A stretch of 64,000 nt of DNA from Antedon mediterranea (lineage: Eukaryota > Animalia > Echinodermata): the NCBI RefSeq assembly GCF_964355755.1, contig NC_092672.1, positions 26,604,437 to 26,668,436 on the forward strand, written 5' to 3'. This document shows positions 1-14,149 of the stretch, piece after piece; position 1 is the first letter of the stretch; every line of letters begins with the position of its first letter. The notes beneath the pieces were generated by a model. That model made no database searches. It was given only the letters and a program-made list of their open reading frames with translations, and had not been told where the DNA came from. A program made the translations under genes and the position numbers.

Positions 1-1157
1 AGCCTCTATCTTATAACACTACGCGCCCAGTAAATCCATGGACGCAATTCAGGTTGACAGGTTATTATTGTGACTTAAATGTAAATGGTTTAAATTTTGC
101 GGTCCGCCTCGAAGTATCTGTGGTTAACCATCTTGAGGATTGATTCATGGAAAAGGGAAGAAATTATGTAAACAAAGTAAAATAAAAGTTTCTTTGGGAT
201 CTGGACACTTTCCGATTAATTCTGTGTCTTTACATTGAAATGCTTGGTTAGACAACTTCGTTCTTTGACCGAAACATCGTACGATATTGCCTTGACAACG
301 ACTTTATTCCTGTTCAAATTTTTCCGCCGGAATGGCGTCCATGGATTACAAACGTTACCTATCTTGCGCCGCGTAGCAGCGCTATACAATCTTTGCTGGC
401 AGCAGGTCATCGACCATGATGTACTGAATTATTTCGAACATAAATGCCGAACCGGATGGAGGTATAGTAATCTCATGCGCTCATCATTTATTACAAAATA
501 CATAATAGTACAGGCTATATGTGACATTTATCCTATGTAACCTTGAAAAAATTCTAATAAAAGGTCTTTTGGTATTTTCTTGTAGCTTTAGGTGTGAATA
601 AATACCAAAAAATTTTTGCAGCCTTCTAGTTGCTGCGTTAGTGAGATATTGAGGGTCAAAGGTCAGTGACCTTTTTGTGGCATTTGATGGCTCATAACTC
701 CTCAACTCCTGGGTTTAAAAAGACAAATGTGGTGTCTACATCTATGTTTTAGTGGTCAAACAACAAAATAAAGTTTTTGCAAATTTCAGGTTACTTGTGC
801 CATTGGTCAGATAGTCGGGTCAAAGGTCATTGACCTTTATTCATTAATAACTAATGCTAGTCTAGGACCTGGGTAAGATTTATATGCATTCAATTTAGGA
901 GAGAATATCTCAACTGTTATAGGATAATTAGACCCCAAGGAACAACATGGGATATGTGCCAAATTCGCTATTGGGGCAAACATGCCCAAAATCGGGGTCA
1001 AAGGTTAAAAATGTGTGGTTCTTATATCTCGACAACCACTTGTAATACAGATTTGCTTTTGGTGTCAAATTGCTCAGAATATACATATTTATATTCAGTC
1101 TAACACAACTTTTACCCCAAAAAATGACCGGAAATGCTTTTACTGACCTTTGACCAA

Positions 1158-2545
1158 ACTTACTTACTTAATGTCTTAAGTGGGTGCCATGATAATTTGT
1201 CTCCACACATCTCTATCAAGCATGCTCTTTCTCAGTTCACTCAGGTCTAGTTTGGTATCTTTCAACAGAATGTCAAGCCAAGTCAGTTGAGGTCTTCCCA
1301 CTTTCCTTTTCTCTTCTGGTTCCCAAAGGAGAACTCTTGAGGCAGGCTCAGAGCTTCTCATAACATGACCGGCCAGGCCCATGCGACGTCTTTGAATGAT
1401 GTTCTATTGCTGATCCATCCAGTGCGAGAGTTATAGAAGGTGATGAGGGGTTTAAATGTATGAATTGGGTCTTCTTGATGTTTAAGTATAAACCTATACC
1501 TTGTGTGGCTTGTTGAATTCTGTGCAGTAGATTTTCGGCAGCATGTATGGAATCTTCAAGAATGGCGATGTCATCGGCAAAGTCCAGGTCTGGTAGTACT
1601 TCAGCTGGATGTCTTCTACTACGCCTACGGTGGAGGTTGAGACCGTCTGATGATGTAGTTGCTGATCGCATTGCGTAGTCAAGGCAGACAATAAACAAGA
1701 ATCGAGCAAGAGGGTCTCCTTGAAGTACGCCAGAGTCGATGTTGAAGCAATCAGTCTCACCATCTGGAGTCAGGACAACTGCTGATGTATTGATATACAT
1801 TACTCTGATGGCTTCTACAATTTTATGAGGGAAGCCGTATGCTAAGAGGATCTTCATCATGATGTTGCGATTGATGGAATCAAAGGCTTTGCGAAAGTCA
1901 ATAAAGATAATGACTGCCTCCTTGTGATGGTTCTTACCTCTTCAACAATTCTCCTCAGTGCAAGAATGTGGGTAGTTGTTGATCGAGCCTGACGAAAGCC
2001 ATTCTGGTTGGGGAGTAGATCTTCATTAATCACAGGACGTATCCTATTTAAAATCAGACGATTGTAGATCTTTGCAGCCAATTGTGATAATGAAATACCC
2101 CTGTAGTTATCTGGTTTTGAAAGATCACCTTTTTTCGGGATAGGAACGATCCCAGAAATTCCCCATTCTGATGGCCTGTTTCCGTCAAGAGTTTGATTGC
2201 AGAAAGGAGTGAGAGCTTTCTGGGTGCCAGGTAATTTCCATATTTCGATGGGAAGACCGTCAAGACCAGGTGCTTTGCCAGATTTCATCTGTTTGCAGGC
2301 AATTGACACCTCAGCCTCGGAGAACTTCTCGGAGCTTATCTGGTGGTTGAAGTTGAAGATTTTTGCAGATATCCATGTCATCTACCACTGAAGTCTTCAC
2401 CGATAGTAGTTTGTGGAAGTGAGTTTTCCATGCTAGAAGACGATCCTCTCCCATGATGCAAGAACTTTGAGATCTCTTCCCTGAGAGTTGTTTGACAAGT
2501 TGCCATGCAGATCTTAAGCTATTGGCCGATGCTGGTTGATCGAAA
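1158..2545 (-). mobile_element. 5'-truncated, frameshifted RTE-clade LINE (RT fragment) inserted in the left TIR
   Basis: Minus-strand ORF pieces carry GKAPGLDG, NYRGISL, QNGFR, GVLQGDPLA, FADD and RKVGRPQLTW. The 3' tail is (TAAG)n (cttacttactta at ~1159-1170). The TIR sequence resumes after it. Confidence 0.85.
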
Positions 2546-2704
2546 AAATGACAAAAAAAAAACACATTTTCGGGTTAAATTATTCTTTAAAATGTCAATG
2601 GACACACTGTATGGTATAAAATGGAAACATATACAATATGCTACCCATTGCTACCCAACTTGTATTGAAAATTTTTAATTAGGAATATGACTTTATGGAA
2701 AATG

Positions 2705-3765
2705 TGCATAATTGACTTCAGTATTTAGAATTATTATTAATTTATCTTTATCAACTGGTACGACCTTTCCTGATGATTTGAAGTTGGGTCTAGTTACATT
2801 TATTTTAAAGAAGCCTTCACTGGATCATACTTGCATGGCAAATTTTCATTCTATTTCTAATGTCACTTTCTTATCTAATAGATCCTTGAGAAATGCGTTG
2901 CTTTAGATCTCATACATTTTCTTGACGACAATAATCTGTTCGACCCTCTTCAACCAGCACCACAGTACAGATTCAGCCATTCTCAAGGTGCATAATGATA
3001 TTATTTTAGCTCTGGATAAAGGTAATTGTCTTTTTTCTGTGTACCTCGACCTGTCGGCAGCTTCTGATACCATGGACTATTCCATTCTTATTGCAAGACT
3101 CTCGTCTATTGGTATCCGTGGATCTGCTCTAAATTGGTTCAAGTCATATTTGTCTTCTATAGGAAGCAGCAGGTCCAGATTGGTAATGTCAATCCACCTA
3201 TCGACCTGAAATGCGGTGTTCCTCAAGGATCAATACTGGGTCCAGTATTGTTTTTAGTTAACATCTCGCCCATGAGTGATATCATTAAGAGACATTGTGT
3301 CCAATATCATGTGTACGCAGATGATACACAACTGTACATCAGCTTTAATCCAGCAGAGTTTAATGAGGCGAAGTCGGTTATCGAAGCTTGTGTTGTTGAT
3401 GTTCTGTTCAGGATTGGCTAACTAAAAACATGCTGTTTTTAACCCTGGTAAAACAGAAATCTTATTTCTTTATTCAAAACACTTCAAGAAATTGGCCATT
3501 GCTAGAAACATCAATCACATCATCGTTGGAGGTTAGATATATCGGAGTTGTATTTGACTCAGCAACGATTATGTCCAGACATATCAACAACATTAGTAAA
3601 TCTGATACCTACCACCTTCGTAACATAAGATCAATTCGCAAATCCTTAACCCACTCCTCGCTTATTAAACTTGTCCATGCACTAATAACATCACGGTTAG
3701 ACTACTGCAATGCCATTTTGTTTGGTCTACCAAATAAAGAACTTAATAAACTACAACTAAGTCTT
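2705..3765 (+). mobile_element. Degraded L2/CR1-group LINE RT fragment
   Basis: Frameshifted ORFs with HHSTDSAILKVHNDI, LDLSAASDT, GVPQGSILGP, YADDTQLY and LVHALITSRLDYCN, typical of L2-clade RT. Confidence 0.85.
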
Positions 3766-5269
3766 TCCTTTTTTATACCAAATATTTCATTACAACGCTA
3801 GAATTATTTCACCCAAAATAAACTTGCATTAATTTATACTAATTTTTGTCTAAATTTAATAAAATATGCATATTTTCCAAAAATAACATCACATAATTAA
3901 ATACAAGTTGGGTAGCAAAGTGTGTCCATTGACATTTTAAATAATAATTTAACCCGAAAATGTGTTTTTTGGTCAAAGGTCAGTAAAAGCATTTCCGGTC
4001 ATTTTTTTTGGGTAAAAGTTGTGTTAGACCGAATATAAATATGTATATTCTGAACAATTTGACACCAAAAGCAAATCTGTATGACAAGTGGTTGTCGAGA
4101 TATAAGAACCACACATTTCTAACCCTTGACCCCGATTTTGGGCATGTTCGCCCCAGATAACGAATTTGACACATATCCCATGTTGTTCCTTGGGGTCAAA
4201 TTATCCTATAACAGTTGAGATATTCTCTCCTAAATTGAATGCATACAAATCTTACTCAGGTCCTACACTAGCAGTAGTTATTAATGAATAAAGGTCAATG
4301 ACCTTTGACCCGACTATCTGACCAATGGCACAAGTAACCCGAAATTTGCAAAAACTTTATTTTGTTGTTTGACCACTAAAACATAGATGTAGAAACCACA
4401 TTTGTCTTTTTAAACCCAGGAGTTGAGGAGTTATGAGCCATCAAATGCCACAAAAAGGTCACTGACCTTTGACCCTCAATATCTCACTAACGCAGCAACT
4501 AGAAGGCTGCAAAAATTTTTTGGTAATTATTGACACCTAAAGGTACAAGAAAATACCAAAAGACCTTTTATTAGAATTTTTTCAAGGTCAAACCATATAT
4601 AGCCTCTACTATAAGAAAATATCATACATAAAAGTAATATGTGTGAACAGGGAAAGAAACTTTCTGTTTTCTCTAACTTAAGAATACAGTAAACTTAAAT
4701 TCACTTTATGCGTAACTTTTGAGTTTCTTTACTAGGGTAGGAGGCACTCAGTCCGGGATGCGATTTTTTTTTTCGTACATAAGTTGGGGACCCCTCATGA
4801 AACGTCACAAAATAAACATGAATAATTCATCAGTTAAATTTGTTGTTCCGTGTGCACCCAAGCGTATAGCAACAAGAAGTGGTTACACAAGTGCGGTACG
4901 ATTTTAGGCCTATCTCCGCTGTTGTTGCGGTGTGCGATTTCATAGAAGAATAGCGGCGTTTTGTGTGGATTGTCAAAATAATCAGCCTTTAGTTTATGGT
5001 GTTTTAATATAATTTATTACTAAAATAAATTATAGTTTCTATTCATACTATTAGGCCTAATTATTAGTCTCTAAACCCATGTCTATTCTAGTAGTAGCTG
5101 TGTGGGTGTGTGTGACGTGTGTGTGTTAGGTATGACACAATCCGAGTAATAAGTCAGCAAAATTAAACAATAAACATTACACAAAAATACATTTTTTATT
5201 CTCGTGGGTCTAATCTTCCCATCTCATGTGTTCATATACGCGCATTTTTAAAGTTCCTTTGAGTACATG

Positions 5270-8200
5270 TAGGCTAGTCAATCTAGCATTTTGAGTGAAA
5301 CAAATTGCAAACAGAGATTTCTTTTTTTAAATGGTCACATATGATAAGGTAATTATTTTTTGAGCATCACACCTCTGACACTCATCCCGAAGTATGCAAA
5401 TTAGGGTGAAATTACAGGGTTACCATATCTTAAAAACTACTAATCGTAGAGAGTTCATTTTTGCACAGTCTGGTTCAGAATATATATATTTATATTTGCT
5501 CTAATGAGACATTTTACATAAAAATGTCCGGAAGTACCAAATTTTGACCCTTGACCCCATTTCTCAATATTTACATAAATATGTGATTAAAATTTCTGTA
5601 GAGACTTTATTTTGGACTCAATGACTTGGATATTGTTTTTCAATACCCACCATAGAACTGTATTATAATTCCTAAAATCACAACTTCGTCACGCACCTTG
5701 AAAGTATGCAAATTAGTAGTATAAGTAATATTAAATATGCAAATTAGGGAGTGAAATTACACCGTTGCCATATCTCGAAAACCGCTAATGCTAGAGTGTT
5801 GATTTTTTCACTAAAATATTTAAAATGTATATATTTATATTTGCTGTAATGAGACATTTTACAAAAAAATGCCCGGAACTATAACATTTGACCCTCGACC
5901 CCATTTCTCAATATTGTATATATAATTAAAACTAAAATGTCTGTAGAGACTTTGTTTTGCCCTTAAATGACTCAGATACAGGTTTCTAATAGCCAACATA
6001 GGAATGTTTAGTAAATCTCAAAATCACACCTGTATCACTCACCTTCAAAGTATGCAAATTATTAGTACAAGTTACATGAAATATGCAAATTAGGGGGTGA
6101 AATTACAGGTTCCTATATGTATCGAAAACCGCTAAGGTAGAGAGTTGATTTTTTCAAAAACTTGTTCAGAATGTACATATTTATATTTGCTCTAATGAAA
6201 CATTTTACGAAAAAATGACCGGAAATACAACAATTGACCCTTGACCCTATTTATCAATGTTTGCATACATAATGCGACTAAAATGTCTGTAGATAATTTT
6301 TTTGGACTCAAATGACTCGGATACAGTTTTCCTATTGTCAGCATAGGACCTCTTTGTAATTCCCAAAATCACATCTTTGTCACATACCTTGAAAGTATGC
6401 AAATTATTAGTACAAGTTACATGAAATATGCAAATTAGGGGTGAAATTACAGTCTTCCCATATCCCGAAAACCATTAATGCTAGAGAGTTGATTTGAATT
6501 CAGAGTTGATTCAGAATGTACATATTTATATTCGCTGTAATGAAACATTTTATGCAAAAATTGTCTTGATTGAATTATGACATTTGACCCTTGACCCTAT
6601 TTCTCAATATTTTCATATAATTCAACTAAAATATCTGTACAGACTGTTTTGGCCTCAAATGACTCAGATACAGGTTTTCTATAGCCAGCATAGAACTGTA
6701 GTAATTCTCAAAATCACACCTTTGTTACTTCCCTAGAAAATATAAAAATTAGTAGTACAAGAGGTGAAAGTTGCCATATCTCTATCGGTCATTAGCGTTT
6801 TTCGAGATACATAAGGCTGTAATTTGCATATTTCATATAACTTGTACTAATAATTTGCATACTTTCGAGTTGCTTGACTTTTGGAATTACTAAACGATCC
6901 TATACTGGCTATATAAAACCTGTATCCAAGTCATTTGAGGCCAAAACAAAGTATGTACATACATTTTAGTTGCATTATATGCAAATATTGAGAAATAGGT
7001 TCGAGGGTCAAATGTCATACTTTCGATAAATTTTTTTTTCAATAATGACCCAGATACAGGTTTTCTATAGCCAGCATAGAACTGTTTAGTAATTCTCAAA
7101 ATCACACCTCTGTTACCTCGCTTGAAAGTATGCAAATCAGTAGTACAAGAAAGTTGCCATATCTCTCTCTCTCTCGGTCATTAGCGTTTTCGAGATACAT
7201 AAGGCAATTCACTGTAATTTGCATATTTCATATAGCTTGTACTACTAATTTGCATACTTTCGAGGTGCTTGACTTATACTGGCTATATAAAACCTGTATC
7301 CGAGTCATTTGAGGCCAAAACAAAGTCTGTACATACATTTTAGTTGCATTATATGCAAATATTGAGAAATAATAATAATAATATCCTGGATTTATATAGC
7401 ACCTAATGTTGTGTAACCTCTAAGCGCTGTACATAAACTAATACGAAAAAAGGGAATTCCAACCATGCCAAAACGAAGGCGTGATTTTGGGAATTAGTCG
7501 CATTATGTATGCAAACAATAATAAATGGGGTTGAGGGTCAATTGTTGTATTTCCGGTCATTTTTTCGTAAAATGTTTCATTAGAGTAAATATAAATATGT
7601 ACATTCTGAACAAGTTATTGAAAAAATCAACTCTCTAGCCTTAGTGGTTTTCGATATATAGGAACCTTTAATTTCACCCTCTATTTTGCATATTTCATTT
7701 AACTTGTACTAATAATTTGCATACTTTGGAGGTGAGTGATACAGGTGTGATTTTGAGATCTACTAAACAGTCCTATGTTGGCTATTAGAAACCTGTATCG
7801 GAGTCATTTGAGGGCAAAACAAAGTCTCTACAGACATTTTAGTTTCATTTATATATGCAATATTGAGAAATGGGGTCGAGGGTCAAATGTCATACTTCCG
7901 GTCAATTTTTTGTAAAATGTTTCATTGGAGCAAATAGAAATATGTACATTTTGAATACGGCTGTGAAAAAATCAGCTCTCTAGCATTAGTGGTTTTCGAG
8001 ATATAGGACAACTGTAATTTTTTCCCCTTATTTGCATATTTTATTTAAATTGTACTACTAATTTGCATACTTTCGAGGTGTGTGACAAATGTGTGATTTT
8101 GGGAATTACAAAGTGATCCTATGCTGGCTATTAGGAACCTATGTCTGGGTCATTTGAGGGCAAAATAAAGTCTCTACAGACATTTTAGTCACATTGTATA

Positions 8201-8536
8201 TGCAAACATTGAGAAATGGGGTCGAAGGTCAAATGTTGTACTTCCGGTCATTTTTTCGTAAAATGTTTCATTAGAGTAAATATAAATATATACATTTTGA
8301 ATAGATCAGTGAAAAAATCAACTCTCTCGGACTAGTAGTTTTTGAGATATGGTAACCTTGTAATTTCACCCTAATTTGCATATTTAAGCTAATTTGCATA
8401 TCATCGGGATGAGTGACAGAGGTGTGATGCTCAAATGTTGATCTCCTCATCATATATGACCATTTAAAAAAGAAAAATCTCTGTTTGCAATTTGTTTCAC
8501 TTTGGGCTGTTTTTTTTGCTAGATTGACTAGCCTTA
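5270..8536. mobile_element. Second Academ-like foldback element with ~345-bp tandem subrepeats in its arms
   Basis: Termini TAGGCTAGTCAATCTAGC and GCTAGATTGACTAGCCTTA, flanked by 3-bp repeat ATG (5267-5269, 8537-8539). AAGTATGCAAATT recurs at ~5390, 5700, 6047, 6392 and 7125, and in reverse complement at ~6855, 7248, 7715 and 8060. Confidence 0.75.
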
Positions 8537-8627
8537 ATGCATATTGTTTGATAATAAAATAGCAGAATTAAAAAAATACAGTACACAAATTATACACATT
8601 CTGCAACACATTAACGGTTATTTCATT

Positions 8628-9000
8628 GACAGCTGCTAACCCCGAGTCAACTACACGGCAGTAACGTTTAAATTAACCGCCAGGAACAATAATTGCATTT
8701 TGGGTAATTCTAACGATTTTTGTCAACGACCACCCATTTATTTAACCGGTTATTTCGGAGCACAAATTGAGCAGAAACGCGGTCTTGTTATTTTTAATAC
8801 ATTTTAAAGAAAACGGTTAATTTGAGTTAAGCAGCTGAAACAGACTCTGAGTCAACTTCACTGCAGTATCGTTTGGATTAACCACCAGGACCAATTGCAT
8901 TTTGATTAATTAACGATTTTTGTCAACGAACACCCACTGATTTAAACGGTTATTTTGGAGCAAAAATTGAGCAGGAATCAGTCAATATAAAATTACATTT
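8628..9000. repeat. Diverged ~205-bp tandem duplication
   Basis: GAGTCAACT...AATTGCATTTTG...AACGATTTTTGTCAACGA...GGAGCA.AAATTGAGCAG occurs at ~8640-8775 and ~8848-8975. Confidence 0.6.
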
Positions 9001-9340
9001 TAGAAATAATGGGTTTATTCGGCTTTGCAGCAGAAACAGACCGAGCATATAACCGGTTAAAATGAGGATGATTAAATTAACCCCATTTTCTTGGAAGCAG
9101 AAACGGGACAAATTTCACATAACCGGTTTATATGCGTTCTAAAAAATACGGTTAAAACATCCATTCGAATGGAACTCGTTAATATAACGCCGTCTAACCG
9201 GTTATCGATGTGCAATTTTAGCAGCCACGCAGACTACGGATATTATACAACCGCTGTTCTCTCGTCAACTACCGTAGTATCTTGTGTACATTTGTACTCG
9301 TGATTTGACTTACAATAGAATAAAATAATTTAACATTATT

Positions 9341-9628
9341 TAAACAAGGCTATATACCTGGCAGGCCCAGTCGCGTGCACACATTTGAGTTATGTTTACC
9401 AAACCGACCGACATATAGTGAGCTATAGAGTCTTCGTTTGGGTCTTCGTTTTTGGTTCTTCGGTCTTCGTTTTGTATGCATGCATAATGATGTGTACAAA
9501 ACGAATTATTGTCCTGCATGTACATTTGAAGTCGCCAGTTTTTTACCGCTGAAATCACTATGTATTCGAGAATCATCTGTGGGCACGACCTAGATGGTAC
9601 GCGAGCGAAGTGAGCGTACCATCTAGTA
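9341..9628. mobile_element. Helentron/HINE-type fragments
   Basis: 9341-9432 is the reverse complement of the ends of the 29045-29749 HINE family. 9520-9628 ends in the hairpin CTAGATGGTACGCGAGCGAAGTGAGCGTACCATCTAG, also seen at 30690-30729. Confidence 0.5.
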
Positions 9629-12169
9629 AAGCCAATTAGTAGTCTCCGCAACTGAATGAAGAGTCTAGAGGCACTCTTAGGTAATTTATATTGATGATTT
9701 AAATAAATAATGAATTACATGTTTATTAATACGTAATATCAATATTCATGTAGGCCTATGTAATTGATAAAAATTGAATTGTAACATTTCCAAATTAGGA
9801 CACGGCAGATGTAGTTCTGGTGCAGGTATCCTTTTTTTTTTTTTTGCTGTTTTTTATATTTGGTCACCGCTGCGTCGCTTCTTTCTTGTGTTTAACAATA
9901 CTGAAATCTTTTTTACACTTAAAGCCTAACTTCAATACAGCAATGAGTAACAAATGATTTTTTAATGACGTAGACGTAAAAATATTTATATATTTTTAAA
10001 AAGAATTAAATTGAAAAAATACAAAATAAACCAATGATACTGTAGGACAATTTAATACAGTACCTGTATTACCATGTTGATAATGATTTTTCTTTTATAT
10101 TTTTGCAAATAGTTTAGGAACCTGTATCCGTCATATAATGTATTGTTTTGATGTATTATGTTAAATTGGATGCACCACTTCTGTGGGTGCCACCGATGCA
10201 AAGGTGTCATTTCCTAATAAATTATTATTATTATTATTATTAGTGTTATTATTATTATTATTATTACAGTAACCATAAAAAAAAACCAATAAATCATTCT
10301 AAAATTAGGTTAAAACAATTTGTTTAAATGATTTAAAATTGTACTAACACTTTAAAACCACGTAGGCCTATAGGGGCCTACCTTTATTCTTTTCATTATT
10401 TCCATTATTTACACATGTACATTGCGTTCCATTTTTATCTTTGTGTTATATTCTTATTTAACACAAATGTATTTTCTCAGAGTACAGTATATTTCTAATT
10501 TGTTTTACTCTTGTTTCATTAACATGACAGGAATACATGATATAATCATTATTTGTAAACATTATTTATAATACAATTTTGTTAAGAACATAGGCCTACT
10601 ACATACATAAATCTCCTAAAGTGAACGACCAAACTGTATCTTCATTCAGTCGTTAAGATCGACTTCAGTCACTCGGTCTAGGAGAGTATATTACTTCTCT
10701 CTCTCTTATTTGTAGTTCTGATTAGAATCGAATAATCTTAGATTTTGCCATATATAAACTTACAAATACACATCTTTGATATTACTATTATGTTATTGAG
10801 TATTTTGTAGACACCTTACTCGTAAAATTATCACAAGCAAATATAAAATTATAATCTAAAATTGTAATTCTTGATTTGTGAACTTATATTAATATCTTCA
10901 GCATTGTTCCATATTTCTCTTATTTGTTTTTAATGGAAGAAGAAATTTCGGTTTCGAGTTGATCATCAGCCGTTAGCCATTAGCACATTAGACTCGTAAC
11001 TTTCATTATACGAATACGATTAATGTTATATTTTGACATGTTAGTAGCATGACATTTCTACGTTTAAGTACATACCGGTATCTCACTATTGTTAGTTATT
11101 CAATTACACATTCTACTATTAGTATATTAATAGCTATTCGCGCCTGCTTTGTTTTAGACTGGCACCTTTAAAGCAGTTTATCAAACACTATATATGTCGA
11201 GAATCCATACGGTGATCATTTATCTGTAAATACTGTATGTTTTTGTTTTATGCACTTTAATGTACTTTTTTTGTAAGTAGCACTAAATAGACCATCATAA
11301 ACAATTGCACTAAATGTATCTAAGTTAAAGGTAAAGGTAAAAAACATAAGGTATTTTAGTTTTTAATAGAGATATTATAGAGAGCGGTATCTTATAATAT
11401 AGATATTTTAGGTTTAAATAGAGGTATCTTTAATAATAAGAGATATTTCTCGATTTAAAATTAAACATTTATATTTTTCGAATAAATGGCAGTCCAGAAG
11501 CCGTAGAAAAACTAAAACTTAAAATTAATTCAACTATATTAGGTTGAAAAAAAACCTACATTATGAAAACATCAGCATCTTTTGATTTTGTGACAATGTT
11601 TTGTTACCAAGTACTTATTTTTATGCATTGTTGGTTCTTTAGTATATATTATTGATTCACTACTACTACTACATTAAAGAAAACTGAATTTACGATATTT
11701 AAGCCGCAGGATAGTCTGTAGATTCACGTTTATGGTATATTATTATTATTAGATTGAAAGTCGAATAACATAGCAACTAGAGCATATTGATTTTATGAAG
11801 AGAAACATGTTTTGTCATCAATAGTAGTGTCTTTTGTGTATTATCGATTCACGAGCAAATCTAACTATTTGCACTCAATAGAACAGCATTGAATTCGATG
11901 TAGCGTATTGTTAGGCATATCAAGGCTTATTTTATGTTATGAATTTATGAATACAATGGTACAAATACAAAGTGTTAGAGAATAGACCTTACTTTTTAGC
12001 CAAAACCTAAAGCATTCGAGAAAGCAGCGATCCCATTTTGGATACAGAGCAATTATAGACGGCGCACACTATAATACAGGTTGATTGAACGAGAACGCTA
12101 TCCATTCTGTCGTGGAAAAAAATAAGCGCGAACAACCCCATTTACATGGCTGCACAAGTTAGTGTTTAC

Positions 12170-12248
12170 TGGCTAACCGACCGATCGACCGACCAACCGA
12201 CCGACCGACATAGTGTAACTGTAGAGTCGCGTTGCACACGACTAAAAA
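12170..12248 (-). mobile_element. 5' end of DINE-1/HINE-like element
   Basis: (CCGA)n microsatellite plus AGAGTCGCGTTGCACACGACTAAAAA, the reverse complement of the 29045 element start. Confidence 0.55.
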
Positions 12249-12345
12249 CGAAATTTCACTCTCAATGAGGAGCGAGTTCAATACAACATTTATTTCATGT
12301 GACCCATACTTTTCCAATAACATTACAGTATGTTATAAATATATA

Positions 12346-12638
12346 CTGTAAAACCTCGAAAAAAAAGCCCCTTTTTTCGAAATGAGCTTATTTTTGGTCT
12401 GCAAACGTAATCTTGAAAAGAAATCCACTCGAAATCAATCCCACTGGGCTGCTTTTTAAAATAGTATGGGCTTCTTTTGAGACTATGTTATTTTGATCAC
12501 AAACATGTAAAATTGTCACAAAAACCCTATTATCTTTAGTTTGCAAAATTAATCTCGAAAAGAAGCATATCTTGAAAAAGAAGCCCACCAAAGAGATCTA
12601 AAAAAGAAGTATGTGGGTTTCTTTTAGAGGTTTTACGG
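12346..12638. mobile_element. Tc1/mariner-pogo type MITE
   Basis: TIRs CTGTAAAACCTC and GAGGTTTTACGG, flanked by TA on both sides. Confidence 0.65.
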
Positions 12639-14149
12639 TATATGCTATACTTATTTTGTTCATGGTTGAACCGAATAAACAATCTTTATGAATACATAAA
12701 AATAACACAATCCACTTCGTTTCAAGTTTATTAGGTTGAAATAAAAATAATATGAAAATATATATTGATTTAAAAAAAATTCCTGTCATAAAATACTTGT
12801 TTCTTTTGTATAATGAGAAATGAAGCAGCAATTTGCATTTTGTTCGTAATTATCGATTTAATACAACTGTAATGATGTGGGTACTAGTTTGACAAAAAAA
12901 GTGTGATGTACCCAAATATGGTAGTGATAAGACATCATTGTGTCCATATATGGGAACATCACATTTTTTTGTCACAAAGTTTGATAGTATAGAGTTTCAG
13001 AAAAGGAACAATACAGGCTATACATTTACAAGTGATTGATTTTAAAGACACGACAGACGTATATTCTCTATATAATAATATATTAATTACAGCACATATA
13101 AATAGAGGTAAATTATTATATGCCTAATATAACATTATGCCTAATATAATATTTAAACGTGTTTTAGAAATGGCCATTTTGAAAAGACACAGTCCTTCTC
13201 CGAGACCTGTGAAATACAAAAAAAAATAATTTAATGATTGATAATAAAGTATAAAATTCGTGCTAATTGTGGATTTACCATACCTTCCTGTATATATGGC
13301 ATCTGCTGAATAAAATGTTTTAAAATGAATTTTAAGATAACATGCTTAAATGATTCTCTAGTTAATATTAATATCTGTGTATTTGATACTATTAACCTCT
13401 GTCTACACTATCAAACTTTAAATGACAAAAAAATGTGATGTCAGTTTAAACGAACAGTGTACTGGAAAGTTAACGGATTCAAAATAAAATTCATACAATG
13501 CTAGACTTGCTCCAAGTCTGTATTCATTGTCTCTTTTTTTATTTATTTGTTTCTATTTCGATTTTTATCTGAAAATACAAAATCAAGTAGTATACTTATG
13601 AAACGCCATATGTGCCAAAATATTTATCTTTTTACTAATATTAAGACAAATCTCCGTCTGGAACCCAGACTAATACAATGCATGCAATGATCTTATTGAT
13701 CATCATCGATTTAAATGATTATCCTATGTAGTTCTAGGAAGTGTTTTCTGTAGGGATATTTATTATTTCTTGTCGTTTGTTATCGTCCTAGTTTAAACAA
13801 CACTACATTTATTGCACATTAAAACCTTCTCTGCTCTTCTATTATTACTGTTTAACAACAAATTTTTCTTGGTATTTTTTTACTTAATTTTAACTTAAGC
13901 TTGATTTTTTTAAACGTTTTAAACTTTTACAATTGTACATATTATTTGTCTTTCTTGTGCTATCCCCTTGTTATTGCTTGTTATTGTGCATTTGACTGCC
14001 TTCTGTTTGTACTATTTTGTTATGAATTTTTATGAAAATATAAAATAATATATCTTAAATCTTTACAAATACACTTATGTTTTAAATAATTAGAATTGTC
14101 TTTTAAGCAAATAAACAATTACACATTTAATTATACCTAAGTTTTCATT

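Larger units (their letters stand above)
506..4611. mobile_element. Non-autonomous long-TIR (foldback) DNA transposon, Academ-like
   Basis: Termini TAGTACAGGCTATAT (506) and ATATAGCCTCTACTA (4611), with 3-bp direct repeat TAA on both sides. Arms ~540-1157 (continuing at 2548-2666) are the reverse complement of ~3900-4590. TAG..CTA ends, a 3-bp TSD and long TIRs fit Academ. No transposase present. Confidence 0.75.

Noticed and set aside
1-13. Possible right end of another Academ-like element (AGCCTCTA, as at 4601)
   Set aside because: Only 8 bp match and it is cut by the window edge.
216-540. Short ORFs at the window start and other 60-170 aa ORFs in AT-rich or repeat regions (e.g. 38904-39401)
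   Set aside because: No recognisable motifs; they are consistent with chance ORFs or antisense shadows.
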